Position numbers and translations under genes: made by a program
Shown: piece after piece, positions 56,878 through 64,000 of the stretch
Layout: each line of letters begins with the position of its first letter
Position numbering within the stretch: position 1 is the first letter of the stretch
DNA from: a bacterium
GTDB taxonomy: Bacteria > Actinomycetota > Acidimicrobiia > Spongiisociales > ZC4RG35
Length of the DNA: 64,000 bases
Assembly: GCA_024638655.1 (NCBI GenBank)
Contig: JAHEJW010000008.1
Location: 19,054 to 83,053 of the forward strand
Direction: 5' to 3'
Notes under the pieces: generated by a model
Seen by the model: the letters and a program-made list of their open reading frames with translations, nothing else
The model's database searches: none
What the model was told of the DNA's origin: nothing

Positions 56878-57690
56878 TCAGTCGGCACCACCGAGCTCGC
56901 GGGCTCGAAGGGCCGCCGCCCTCACAGCGTCCTCCACCACAGCGCGGAAACCCCTCTCCTCGAGAACGTGCATTGCCGCCGCCGTCGTACCACCGGGAGA
57001 CGTGACTTCGTAGCGAAGCTCGGCCGGGCTCTTCGACGTGTCGGTTAGGAGATGCCCCGCTCCTCTTATCGTTTGGTGCACGAAGCTCTCCGCGATATCC
57101 CGTGACAGGCCCTCTCGCATTGCAGCCTCGGTCAGAGCCTCCGCCAGCAAGAAAACGTACGCAGGCCCGGTGCCCGACACCGCCGTGACCGCGTCCATGA
57201 GTGTCTCCTCCATGATCCTCACCGATCCGACGGCTCCGAGGACTTGGCGAGCGCGGTCGAGGTGCTCCGTGCCGGCGTGGGGTCCTGGTGCGACACCGGT
57301 GACTCCCTCTCGCACGAGAGCAGGCGTGTTGGGCATCGCACGCACGACGGGGATCGCTCCCAGGTGCTTCTGATAAGCGGCGGTCGTAACGCCTGCCGCC
57401 AGGGACACAACCGTCTGTTCTTCCGTGACTTCTCCGGCGATGGTCTTCAGGAGGTCTTCGACATCTCTTGGCTTCACGGCGACAACCACTACATCACGCC
57501 CGGAAATAGTCTCGGCGGGGTCGAGTGAGACCGGACAGCCCGTCCTGTGGGCCAACTCGTCGGCACGCTCGACCCGGCGCACGCACAGCGATAGGTCACC
57601 TGCGCCCCAGCCGGCAGCCAGGAGCCCCGAAGCCAGAGCCTCTCCCATGGCTCCGACCCCAACAATGGCGACGCTGAAGCGGGTGTTCAT
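56878..57690 (-). CDS. proC: pyrroline-5-carboxylate reductase
   Basis: N-terminal NADP-binding VAIVGVGAMG and the P5CR C-terminal dimerisation-domain pattern. Confidence 0.85.
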   Translation of the reverse strand: MNTRFSVAIVGVGAMGEALASGLLAAGWGAGDLSLCVRRVERADELAHRTGCPVSLDPAETISGRDVVVVAVKPRDVEDLLKTIAGEVTEEQTVVSLAAGVTTAAYQKHLGAIPVVRAMPNTPALVREGVTGVAPGPHAGTEHLDRARQVLGAVGSVRIMEETLMDAVTAVSGTGPAYVFLLAEALTEAAMREGLSRDIAESFVHQTIRGAGHLLTDTSKSPAELRYEVTSPGGTTAAAMHVLEERGFRAVVEDAVRAAALRARELGGAD

Positions 57691-57735
57691 GGCAAGAAAG
57701 TGTAAAGGCCCAGCCCTCTATCGGGTCATCTCGAC

Positions 57736-58371
57736 TCAGGCGAGCCTTGATCTGATCAGCTCAACGACGGTCGCCACCGCAGCCGGGTTATAACCCTCCG
57801 GGATGATCAGATCGGCGTAGCGCATCGATGGCTGGACGAATTCGATGTGCATCGGCCGGACCGTCGCGAAGAACTGATCGATGACAGACTCGACCGTCCG
57901 CCCTCGCTCGGATATGTCTCGATCTATTCGTCTGGCCAGGCGAACATCGGGATCGGTGTCGACGAAGATCTTCAGGTCCAGCTCCGAACGAAGCTCGGGC
58001 TCGGCGAGGACGAGGATGCCTTCGACCACCACGACGCGGCCCGGCTCGATTCTCACAGTCTCGTCCGACCTCAGATGTGCCGCGAAGTCATAGACCGGGT
58101 GCTCGATGGCTATGCCTGAACGCAGGCTCTCGAGATGCTTCACCAAGAGCTCGGACTCCAACGAGGCTGGATGGTCGTAGTTGACCTTGGTTCGCTCCTC
58201 GAAAGTCAGTTCAGGCACGTGTCTGTAATAGGCGTCGTGCGGGAGGAGCGCCACCCGGCCCTCCAGGCGCTCGACGACCGCCTCGGCGATGGTCGTTTTC
58301 CCGGAACCTGAGCCCCCCGCCAGACCGATGAAGAGAGGGCGATCGGGCTTCCAGGGGCTCCGGTGGGACAT
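57736..58371 (-). CDS. udk: uridine kinase
   Basis: P-loop GLAGGSGSGKTT and the Udk family pattern (DFAAHLRS, VVVEGILV). Confidence 0.85.
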   Translation of the reverse strand: MSHRSPWKPDRPLFIGLAGGSGSGKTTIAEAVVERLEGRVALLPHDAYYRHVPELTFEERTKVNYDHPASLESELLVKHLESLRSGIAIEHPVYDFAAHLRSDETVRIEPGRVVVVEGILVLAEPELRSELDLKIFVDTDPDVRLARRIDRDISERGRTVESVIDQFFATVRPMHIEFVQPSMRYADLIIPEGYNPAAVATVVELIRSRLA

Positions 58372-58405
58372 GCCGTGCTCGACGTTAGCCAGCGGCGGCA
58401 GTCGA

Positions 58406-59290
58406 TCAGGTGTCGGCGACCTTGCTGCGAAGTCGGCGAATCTCGTCGTAGACGCCGTCGGTGAGGGTGGTCGATGCCGGCGCCGAAACGCCGCGGACGT
58501 CAGCCGGCGGCCGCGCCACCGGCAACTCGTCGACAGCCGGCTCCAGGGGTTCGACTTCTACCTCGGTCACGTCATCCCCATCGTCGGAGTCAGAGGCGAC
58601 GGCAACCTCCTCCACCCAGGTCGGCTCATCCGACTCGGGAACGATGTCGTCCGCCAGCCTATCCAGCCACCCGGACTCGTCGTCCTCGTCCTTCTCCTTC
58701 GGCACGGGTTCGAGCTCTATTGCCTCGGCCACACCCATCCGATGGAGGGCGTGAAGGATGCGGACGGTCCCACCACGACCCGACCTCTCTTCGAGCTCGT
58801 GAAACCCGAATGGCGGAACAAGGGCAACCAACGAGGCCCAATTCTCAGGATCGATGGTGACAGGCGCCTCGATCGATTCGACGAGTCGAAGACTCCCGGC
58901 CTCGAAGAGCCCGGCTTCGATCACCTTGCGCTCCAACGCCCGAAGCGACTCCACGTCGGAGAGGACATCCTCGACGCTCCACCCATCCCCGTCGGGACCG
59001 TCGGCTGCCCCAACTGCGAAAGACCCCTCGGTGAGGGACGAGAGGACGTACACGACGTCGGCTATCCCGTCTCGATCTTCACCGTGAAAGGCGCCGCTCC
59101 CCCGGGAGAGCTCTGCGCCGGTGACGGTCCCCTCTCTGAAATGGATGCGTCCGCGCGACTCGGCGTCAATATCGAGCGAGCCCGTCTTCTTGGTGACCTG
59201 CATGATTTGGAGCAGGTCGTTGATACTCCAGTCGGAGAGCTGACCCGAGAGATGCATCTTTCCCTTCCATCCATTGGCTCCCTGACGCAA
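58406..59290 (-). CDS. DUF4388 (PATAN-like) domain protein with an acidic C-terminal region
   Basis: N-terminal LSGQLSDWSINDLLQIMQVTKKTGSLDI is the DUF4388 signature. Confidence 0.5.
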   Translation of the reverse strand: MRQGANGWKGKMHLSGQLSDWSINDLLQIMQVTKKTGSLDIDAESRGRIHFREGTVTGAELSRGSGAFHGEDRDGIADVVYVLSSLTEGSFAVGAADGPDGDGWSVEDVLSDVESLRALERKVIEAGLFEAGSLRLVESIEAPVTIDPENWASLVALVPPFGFHELEERSGRGGTVRILHALHRMGVAEAIELEPVPKEKDEDDESGWLDRLADDIVPESDEPTWVEEVAVASDSDDGDDVTEVEVEPLEPAVDELPVARPPADVRGVSAPASTTLTDGVYDEIRRLRSKVADT

Positions 59291-59383
59291 GTGCTATCGG
59301 CAGCCAAACTGCCCATATTGAGCTACTTGCGCGCCTTGGTCGAAAAGGCGCGATCGGAGATGTCGACAGCTGCCGGAAGCGGT

Positions 59384-59944
59384 TCAGCCCTTTTTCTCAG
59401 CCTTCATCGCCCTCTTCTGCTCGCGGAGGGTCGTCACATCATCGAAGGCCGCCACGTCTGCGATGCTCGGCCAATCGGCGGCCTTCGCCTTCCACCCGTC
59501 CAACTCGAGGCCGAGGCGCTTGCCCAGCACACCGACGAAGACCCGCGATTTGGCATCTCCGAAGCCGGGGAGGGCCTTGAGCCGCCTCAGGAGCTCATCA
59601 CCGTCGGAAGCGGTCTCCCATATGTTCTCGGCTCGGCCCTCGTACTCATCCATTACGACCTGACACAGGGCCTGGGTTCGCTTGGCCATCGAGCCCGGAT
59701 ATCGGTGGATCGCCGGTGGCCCCTTGAAAATGCCCTCGAGCTCATCAGGGTCCCAGGTGGCAATGCGGGCCGCGTCGAGTTCTTCGCCGATTCGCTCCTT
59801 GAGGAGCTGGGGGCCGAAGAAAGCCCGCTCCATCGGGAACTGCTGGTCGAGGAGCATGCCAATCAGGAGAGCTAGGCCATCGGTTGCCAGCAAACGATTG
59901 GCCTCTTCAGACTCTGTGAAGTGGAGGAGGTCGGGTCGGTCCAT
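59384..59944 (-). CDS. HhH-GPD superfamily base-excision DNA repair protein
   Basis: HhH-GPD pattern (LLIGMLLDQQ, LKALPGFGDAKSRVFVGVLG). Start chosen at the ATG 59944. The six-frame ORF upstream extension is spurious. Confidence 0.55.
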   Translation of the reverse strand: MDRPDLLHFTESEEANRLLATDGLALLIGMLLDQQFPMERAFFGPQLLKERIGEELDAARIATWDPDELEGIFKGPPAIHRYPGSMAKRTQALCQVVMDEYEGRAENIWETASDGDELLRRLKALPGFGDAKSRVFVGVLGKRLGLELDGWKAKAADWPSIADVAAFDDVTTLREQKRAMKAEKKG

Positions 59945-60139
59945 GGGGGCAACCGTAATGGCTCGGGACCGTCGCTCAGACCAGTGCTCGGATGAAGGCA
60001 TATAGAACCAGCAGCCCCGCCGGGACCAGGGCCAGCCGTGTCGCTGGATCGACACGTTTTCGCTCGCTCCGCCAATCCATACGACCGAAAGTACGACGAC
60101 GATTCGGGTTTGGCCATAGGGGATTAGCCCCATATCGCG

Positions 60140-61375
60140 ATGAATTCGACCATGATTGGCAGGCAGATGACCGACGTATTCATCGTTGATGCGTGCAGGA
60201 GCCCCATGGGGAAGTTGGGTGGGCAACTCGCATTGGTTCGGCCCGACGATCTCGCGGCCCATGCGGTTTCGCGGCTCCTGGCGAGGAATCCCGAGGTCGA
60301 CCCGATGTCGATCGAAGACATTCAATGGGGGGCGGCCAACCAGGCGGGAGAGGACAATCGCAACATCGCCCGCATGGCAGGCCTGCTGGCTGGGTTGCCA
60401 ATCGAGGTACCCGGCTCGACCGTCAACCGGCTGTGCGGTTCCGGCCTACAGGCCGTCGTCTCGGCCGCGCATTCGCTCCAAGCCGGATGGGGCGAGGTGA
60501 TGATCGCCGGAGGCTCCGAGTCGATGAGCCGTGCACCGTTGGTGATGCTCAAGCCGGAAAGAGGATTCGCGACCGGCTTTCCCGATGCCGCGGACACTGT
60601 CCTCGGATGGCGTTTGGTCAACGAGAGGATGAAGGAGCTCTATCCCCCGATAACACTGGGAATGACAGCCGAGGTCGTCGCCGAGAAGTACGAGGTCAGC
60701 CGGGAGGCTCAAGACGAATTCGCACTGAGGAGTCATCAGCTCGCGCTCGCCGCCATCGACACCGGCAAGTTCGACGATGAGATCGAACCGCTGGAGGCGC
60801 CCTTGGACACCAAGCGTCGCCAGTCAAAGTCCATCGAGACCGATGAGGGCCCGCGGCCGGACACCTCCCTGGAGAAGCTCGCGCGTCTCGCACCCGTCTT
60901 CAAAGAAGGCGGATCCGTGACGGCTGGGAATTCCTCTCCGATGAATGACGGGGCAGCCGCCATCCTGTTGGCGACGGAGTCCGCAATCGAGACCCACCAG
61001 CTCAGGCCCCTGGCACGGATCGTCTCCTCGGCAGCGGCCGGCGTCCATCCAGACATCATGGGCATCGGCCCGGTCCCGGCATCCGAGAAAGCTCTCGCTC
61101 GAGCCGGTCTCGGCCCCGACGACTTGGATCTGGTCGAGATCAACGAAGCCTTCGCATCTCAGGCGGTTGCCAGCATGCGGATGCTCGAGCTCGATCCGGA
61201 CAAGGTGAACGTGAACGGTGGCGCCATAGCGATCGGCCACCCGCTCGGAGCCTCCGGGGCCCGCATCTTGACGACGCTCGTACATGAGCTTCGGCGCAGA
61301 GGTGGCCGCTACGGGCTGGCCACGATGTGTATCGGAGTGGGACAAGGAATCAGCATGGTCGTGGAGAGTGCCTGA
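60140..61375 (+). CDS. acetyl-CoA C-acyltransferase (thiolase)
   Basis: Active-site Cys region [11 protein letters not shown], the C-terminal [11 protein letters not shown] motif, and a CIGVGQG end. Confidence 0.85.
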   Translation: MNSTMIGRQMTDVFIVDACRSPMGKLGGQLALVRPDDLAAHAVSRLLARNPEVDPMSIEDIQWGAANQAGEDNRNIARMAGLLAGLPIEVPGSTVNRLCGSGLQAVVSAAHSLQAGWGEVMIAGGSESMSRAPLVMLKPERGFATGFPDAADTVLGWRLVNERMKELYPPITLGMTAEVVAEKYEVSREAQDEFALRSHQLALAAIDTGKFDDEIEPLEAPLDTKRRQSKSIETDEGPRPDTSLEKLARLAPVFKEGGSVTAGNSSPMNDGAAAILLATESAIETHQLRPLARIVSSAAAGVHPDIMGIGPVPASEKALARAGLGPDDLDLVEINEAFASQAVASMRMLELDPDKVNVNGGAIAIGHPLGASGARILTTLVHELRRRGGRYGLATMCIGVGQGISMVVESA

Positions 61376-62549
61376 ACCGCCACTTCATGGAACCGTCGTA
61401 GTCGAGCTGGGCAACCTGATCGCAGCTCCCTATGCAGCCATGCTTCTCGCCGATCTGGGCTGCCGGGTGATCAAGGTGGAGCCACCCGACGGGGACCTCG
61501 GACGTCGCTTCGGGCCCTACGTGCGAGGAGAGTCCGCCTTCTTCATGGCAGTCAATCGGGGCAAGGAATCACTCGCGCTGGACACCAAAGACTGGCTTTC
61601 GAAACGGGTGCTCGACAACCTGGTCAAGAAGGCGGACGTGGTGATCCACAACCTGCGCCATGGCGCAATGGATCGCCTGGGTCTCGGCGAAGAACGATGC
61701 CGCGAGCTCAATCCGAGCCTGATCTATGCAGTCGTCTCGGCCTTTGGATCCAGCGGCCCTTACGCCGAGAGGGCAGGCATAGACATCGTCTTCCAAGGAG
61801 AGTCCGGGATGATCTCCCTAACCGGAGACCCGAAGGACGGGCCTCGCAAGACAGCCACGACGATTGGCGACTATGTGGCCGGGACGAACGCTGCCCTGGC
61901 CATCTCTGCAGCGTTGGCCGAGTCGCCCCGTAGGGGAAGACGGATCGACGTCTCGTTGCGCGATGGGATCATGGCCGCGCAGTCGGGCTGGAACGCCATT
62001 GCTTTCGCAACACACCGTCAGCCCGAGCGAACCGGTACCGCCAGCCCATTCCTGGCACCCAATCAGGTTTTTGAAGCCGCCGATGGGCATTTCACCCTCG
62101 CAGTTGTCTCCGACCGTCATTTCGAACTGTTGGCCGAAGTGTTGGAGCGGCCGGATCTCGCCCAGGACTACCCCACGAACGAAGAACGCATGGCCAATCA
62201 AAGCTCACTGACGCGCAAACTGCAGAGGATCTTCAAGGTCGAAGGCGTGGAGCACTGGATCGATGTGCTCGATGGAGCGGGCCTCCCGGTCGGGAGGGTG
62301 CTGACGCTCGCAGAGGCGTTCGACGATCCCCAGGCCAGGCATCATGGGATGCTCGTCGAGTTCGAGCATCCCAGAGCGGGGCATGTCCGCACAACCGGCT
62401 CACCCGTCCGAATCGACGGGAGTCAGGCTAGGGCCGACCTACTACCCCCTACTCTCGGACAGCACACGCGGAGCATCCTCGGTGAGCTCGGTGTCGACGA
62501 CGGGACCATCGAGAAGATGATCGAGGAGGGCACGGCGGTGGAGGCGTGA
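61368..62549 (+). CDS. CoA-transferase family III (CaiB/BaiF-like)
   Basis: PLHGTVVVELGNLIAAPYAAMLLADLGCRVIKVE N-terminal signature. GTG start overlapping the thiolase end. Confidence 0.8.
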   Translation: MPEPPLHGTVVVELGNLIAAPYAAMLLADLGCRVIKVEPPDGDLGRRFGPYVRGESAFFMAVNRGKESLALDTKDWLSKRVLDNLVKKADVVIHNLRHGAMDRLGLGEERCRELNPSLIYAVVSAFGSSGPYAERAGIDIVFQGESGMISLTGDPKDGPRKTATTIGDYVAGTNAALAISAALAESPRRGRRIDVSLRDGIMAAQSGWNAIAFATHRQPERTGTASPFLAPNQVFEAADGHFTLAVVSDRHFELLAEVLERPDLAQDYPTNEERMANQSSLTRKLQRIFKVEGVEHWIDVLDGAGLPVGRVLTLAEAFDDPQARHHGMLVEFEHPRAGHVRTTGSPVRIDGSQARADLLPPTLGQHTRSILGELGVDDGTIEKMIEEGTAVEA

Positions 62550-62920
62550 ACATCCACTGGGCGGATCGGGTAGGGGACGATTGGGCAGAGATCCGGGCCG
62601 AATTCGAACGGGCCTTCGAGTTCAGCAGGCGGGCAGCCCAGGAAGGGCAGTCATTCGTTTACGTGGTCCATCACGACGACCTGTTGGGCCGACGGGGGCC
62701 GGGCGACGCCATGGTGGCCACGGGCCTTCTCTCTGCCGCTCGGACGGCGGCCATAGAGGGCTCGCGGAAAGGTTGGACCGCCAACGTGCTCGCCTACGAC
62801 GAGGGAGCCGAGCGGGCCCACATCGAGGCCTGGGCCGAGCGTCTGGCCACCAGCGCCGAAGGAGTCAGTGGAGAGCTCATCAGGGTGGGCTCCAGTCATC
62901 TCGGCAAGGCATTGCCATGA
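62546..62920 (+). CDS. hypothetical 124-aa protein (translationally coupled between the CoA-transferase and the SDR)
   Basis: GTGA and ATGA overlaps at both ends. No motifs recognised. Confidence 0.3.
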   Translation: MNIHWADRVGDDWAEIRAEFERAFEFSRRAAQEGQSFVYVVHHDDLLGRRGPGDAMVATGLLSAARTAAIEGSRKGWTANVLAYDEGAERAHIEAWAERLATSAEGVSGELIRVGSSHLGKALP

Positions 62921-63618
62921 ACGGTTCCATCGTCGTCACAGGCGCCGCGAGGGGCATAGGTCGTTCCATCTCCGATCGTCTCGCCGCCAACCCGTCCTTT
63001 CAGGTGATCGGGGTGGACATTTCTCCTGAGCTGGCATTGGCCAATGCCTCCATCACACCAGTCCAGGTGGACCTCACGACTGATCAAGGCGTTCAGGCGG
63101 TGCGCAATGCCGTCAAGCAGTCCGGCGTCCCCCTCCTGGGGCTGGTCAACAACGCAGGCATCACCAGAGACGCCCGTCTGGTCAACATGACCCACGACGA
63201 TTTCAGAGCCGTACTGGACGTCAACCTGGGAGCGGCCTTTCGTTTGTCCGAGGCCTTGGCAGACGTGATCCACGAGGGGGGTTCGATCGTCAACATCGCA
63301 TCGCGCGCCTACCTGGGCAATTTCGGCCAGTTCAACTACTCCATGTCGAAAGGTGGGGTGGTTGGGCTCACCCGGGCGATGGCGCTTTCCCTGGCGCCTC
63401 ACGTGCGGGTCAATGCGATAGCCCCGGGGCTGATCTCCACCGACATGGCCATGGCCATACCGGATGAGGTCCTCGACAAGATGATCTCGGCGATACCGAT
63501 GCAGCGGATGGGGTCACCGGAGGAGATCGCCAACGTCGTTTGGTTCCTGCTGACTCCCCTCTCCTCATACATCACGGGTCATGTTGTGGTGGTGGGCGGA
63601 GGGCGAAGCCTGTCCTAG
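62917..63618 (+). CDS. SDR-family oxidoreductase (3-oxoacyl-ACP-reductase-like)
   Basis: TGAARGIG cofactor motif, the NNAG motif, catalytic S...YxxxK (YSMSK), and a PG motif. Confidence 0.8.
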   Translation: MNGSIVVTGAARGIGRSISDRLAANPSFQVIGVDISPELALANASITPVQVDLTTDQGVQAVRNAVKQSGVPLLGLVNNAGITRDARLVNMTHDDFRAVLDVNLGAAFRLSEALADVIHEGGSIVNIASRAYLGNFGQFNYSMSKGGVVGLTRAMALSLAPHVRVNAIAPGLISTDMAMAIPDEVLDKMISAIPMQRMGSPEEIANVVWFLLTPLSSYITGHVVVVGGGRSLS

Positions 63619-63652
63619 CCAAAGCAGTTAGCCGGCCCCGGCGAACCCGTCG

Positions 63653-64000
63653 TCAACCAGTGAACAGATCACCCGACATGTACTTGAGGCCGGTGTCCAC
63701 CGCCACCGTCACAACTGTCTTGCCCGAGCCGACCTCAGAGGCCATCTCTATGGCACCCGCCACATTGAGACCACTCGAGGTGCCGGCGAGGAGCCCCTCC
63801 TCAGAAGCCAACCGCCTCGCCATCTCCCTACCCGTTGGCTCTCCTATCGCCCGGACCTCGTCATACCGATCGTCCTGCAGATGGGGAGGCACGAAACCGA
63901 CGCCAATTCCCTCTACAGAGTGCGTCCCCGCCGTCCCGGTTGAGATGACGGCCGACGAGGAGGGCTCGAACACGACCAGCCTCGTCGCCGGGGACTTTTC
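63653..64000 (-). CDS. cysteine synthase / cystathionine-beta-synthase family PLP enzyme, partial (C-terminal part; the N-terminus lies beyond the window end)
   Basis: GTGGT and SSG(L)N motifs of the fold-type II PLP tryptophan-synthase-beta superfamily. The frame is open to position 64000. Confidence 0.6.
   Translation of the reverse strand, partial: EKSPATRLVVFEPSSSAVISTGTAGTHSVEGIGVGFVPPHLQDDRYDEVRAIGEPTGREMARRLASEEGLLAGTSSGLNVAGAIEMASEVGSGKTVVTVAVDTGLKYMSGDLFTG

Noticed and set aside
59945-60139. GGGGATTAGCCCC palindrome in the divergent promoter region between the HhH-GPD gene and the thiolase gene
   Set aside because: Only a 4-bp stem on each arm, and it occurs once. It may be an operator, but the evidence is insufficient.
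1-64000. Searched for tRNA/rRNA genes, integrases, transposases and phage genes
   Set aside because: No intergenic region longer than about 320 bp. No cloverleaf-like sequences were evident in the gaps. No recombinase or transposase motifs in any frame. The window looks like ordinary chromosomal backbone, not a mobile island.

Overview
This 64-kb window is a high-GC (~68%) chromosomal segment, most likely from an actinobacterium. The evidence for that lineage is two F420-dependent LLM oxidoreductases, a Ddn-family gene, Lgt, HBHA-like and Rv0338c-like proteins, and a ClpS-DUF2017 pair. Most of the window is densely packed core metabolism, with many 4-bp start/stop overlaps between adjacent genes. 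It contains a complete Bacillus-style caa3 cytochrome c oxidase cluster (ctaB, a thioredoxin-like lipoprotein, ctaC-ctaD-ctaE-ctaF, ctaG). Other core genes include nadE, glnE, serA with a class-V aminotransferase, proC with proline dehydrogenase, udk, greA, mgtE, tag, lhgO, ybdK, a thiolase/CoA-transferase/SDR module, and peptide ABC permeases. I found no rRNA, tRNA, CRISPR array or mobile element. The less ordinary content is listed below.
1. selD has an in-frame TGA exactly at the SHGxG-U-xCK active-site position and is followed by a perfect hairpin, so it is read as a selenocysteine-containing SelD that ORF callers would split.
2. A TasA/camelysin-like secreted protein sits immediately upstream of a SipW-type signal peptidase that carries an unusual C-terminal extracytoplasmic extension of about 390 aa. 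An ECF sigma/zinc-finger anti-sigma pair with an ECF-type promoter motif lies directly downstream.
3. An XRE regulator is translationally coupled to an HBHA-like protein with a Lys/Ala/Pro-rich tail encoded by 30-bp tandem repeats. The pair is preceded by GCTAGCA palindromes and followed by a perfect 14-bp hairpin.
4. A MobA-like nucleotidyltransferase lies next to an unclassified 375-aa protein with a C-terminal CxxC-x13-CxxC zinc ribbon; a link to the eRF1/Pelota-like superfamily is only a hypothesis.
5. CtaD carries a C-terminal extension of about 110 aa with two extra transmembrane helices, and the thioredoxin-like lipoprotein in the cta cluster has a C-x4-C motif.
6. Several repeat or hairpin elements were seen: 21-bp tandem hairpin repeats between convergent genes, a TTCGAA-repeat operator region between an Fe-S oxidoreductase and an ArsR-type regulator, and two GC-rich palindromes sharing a CCGGGTCTC core.
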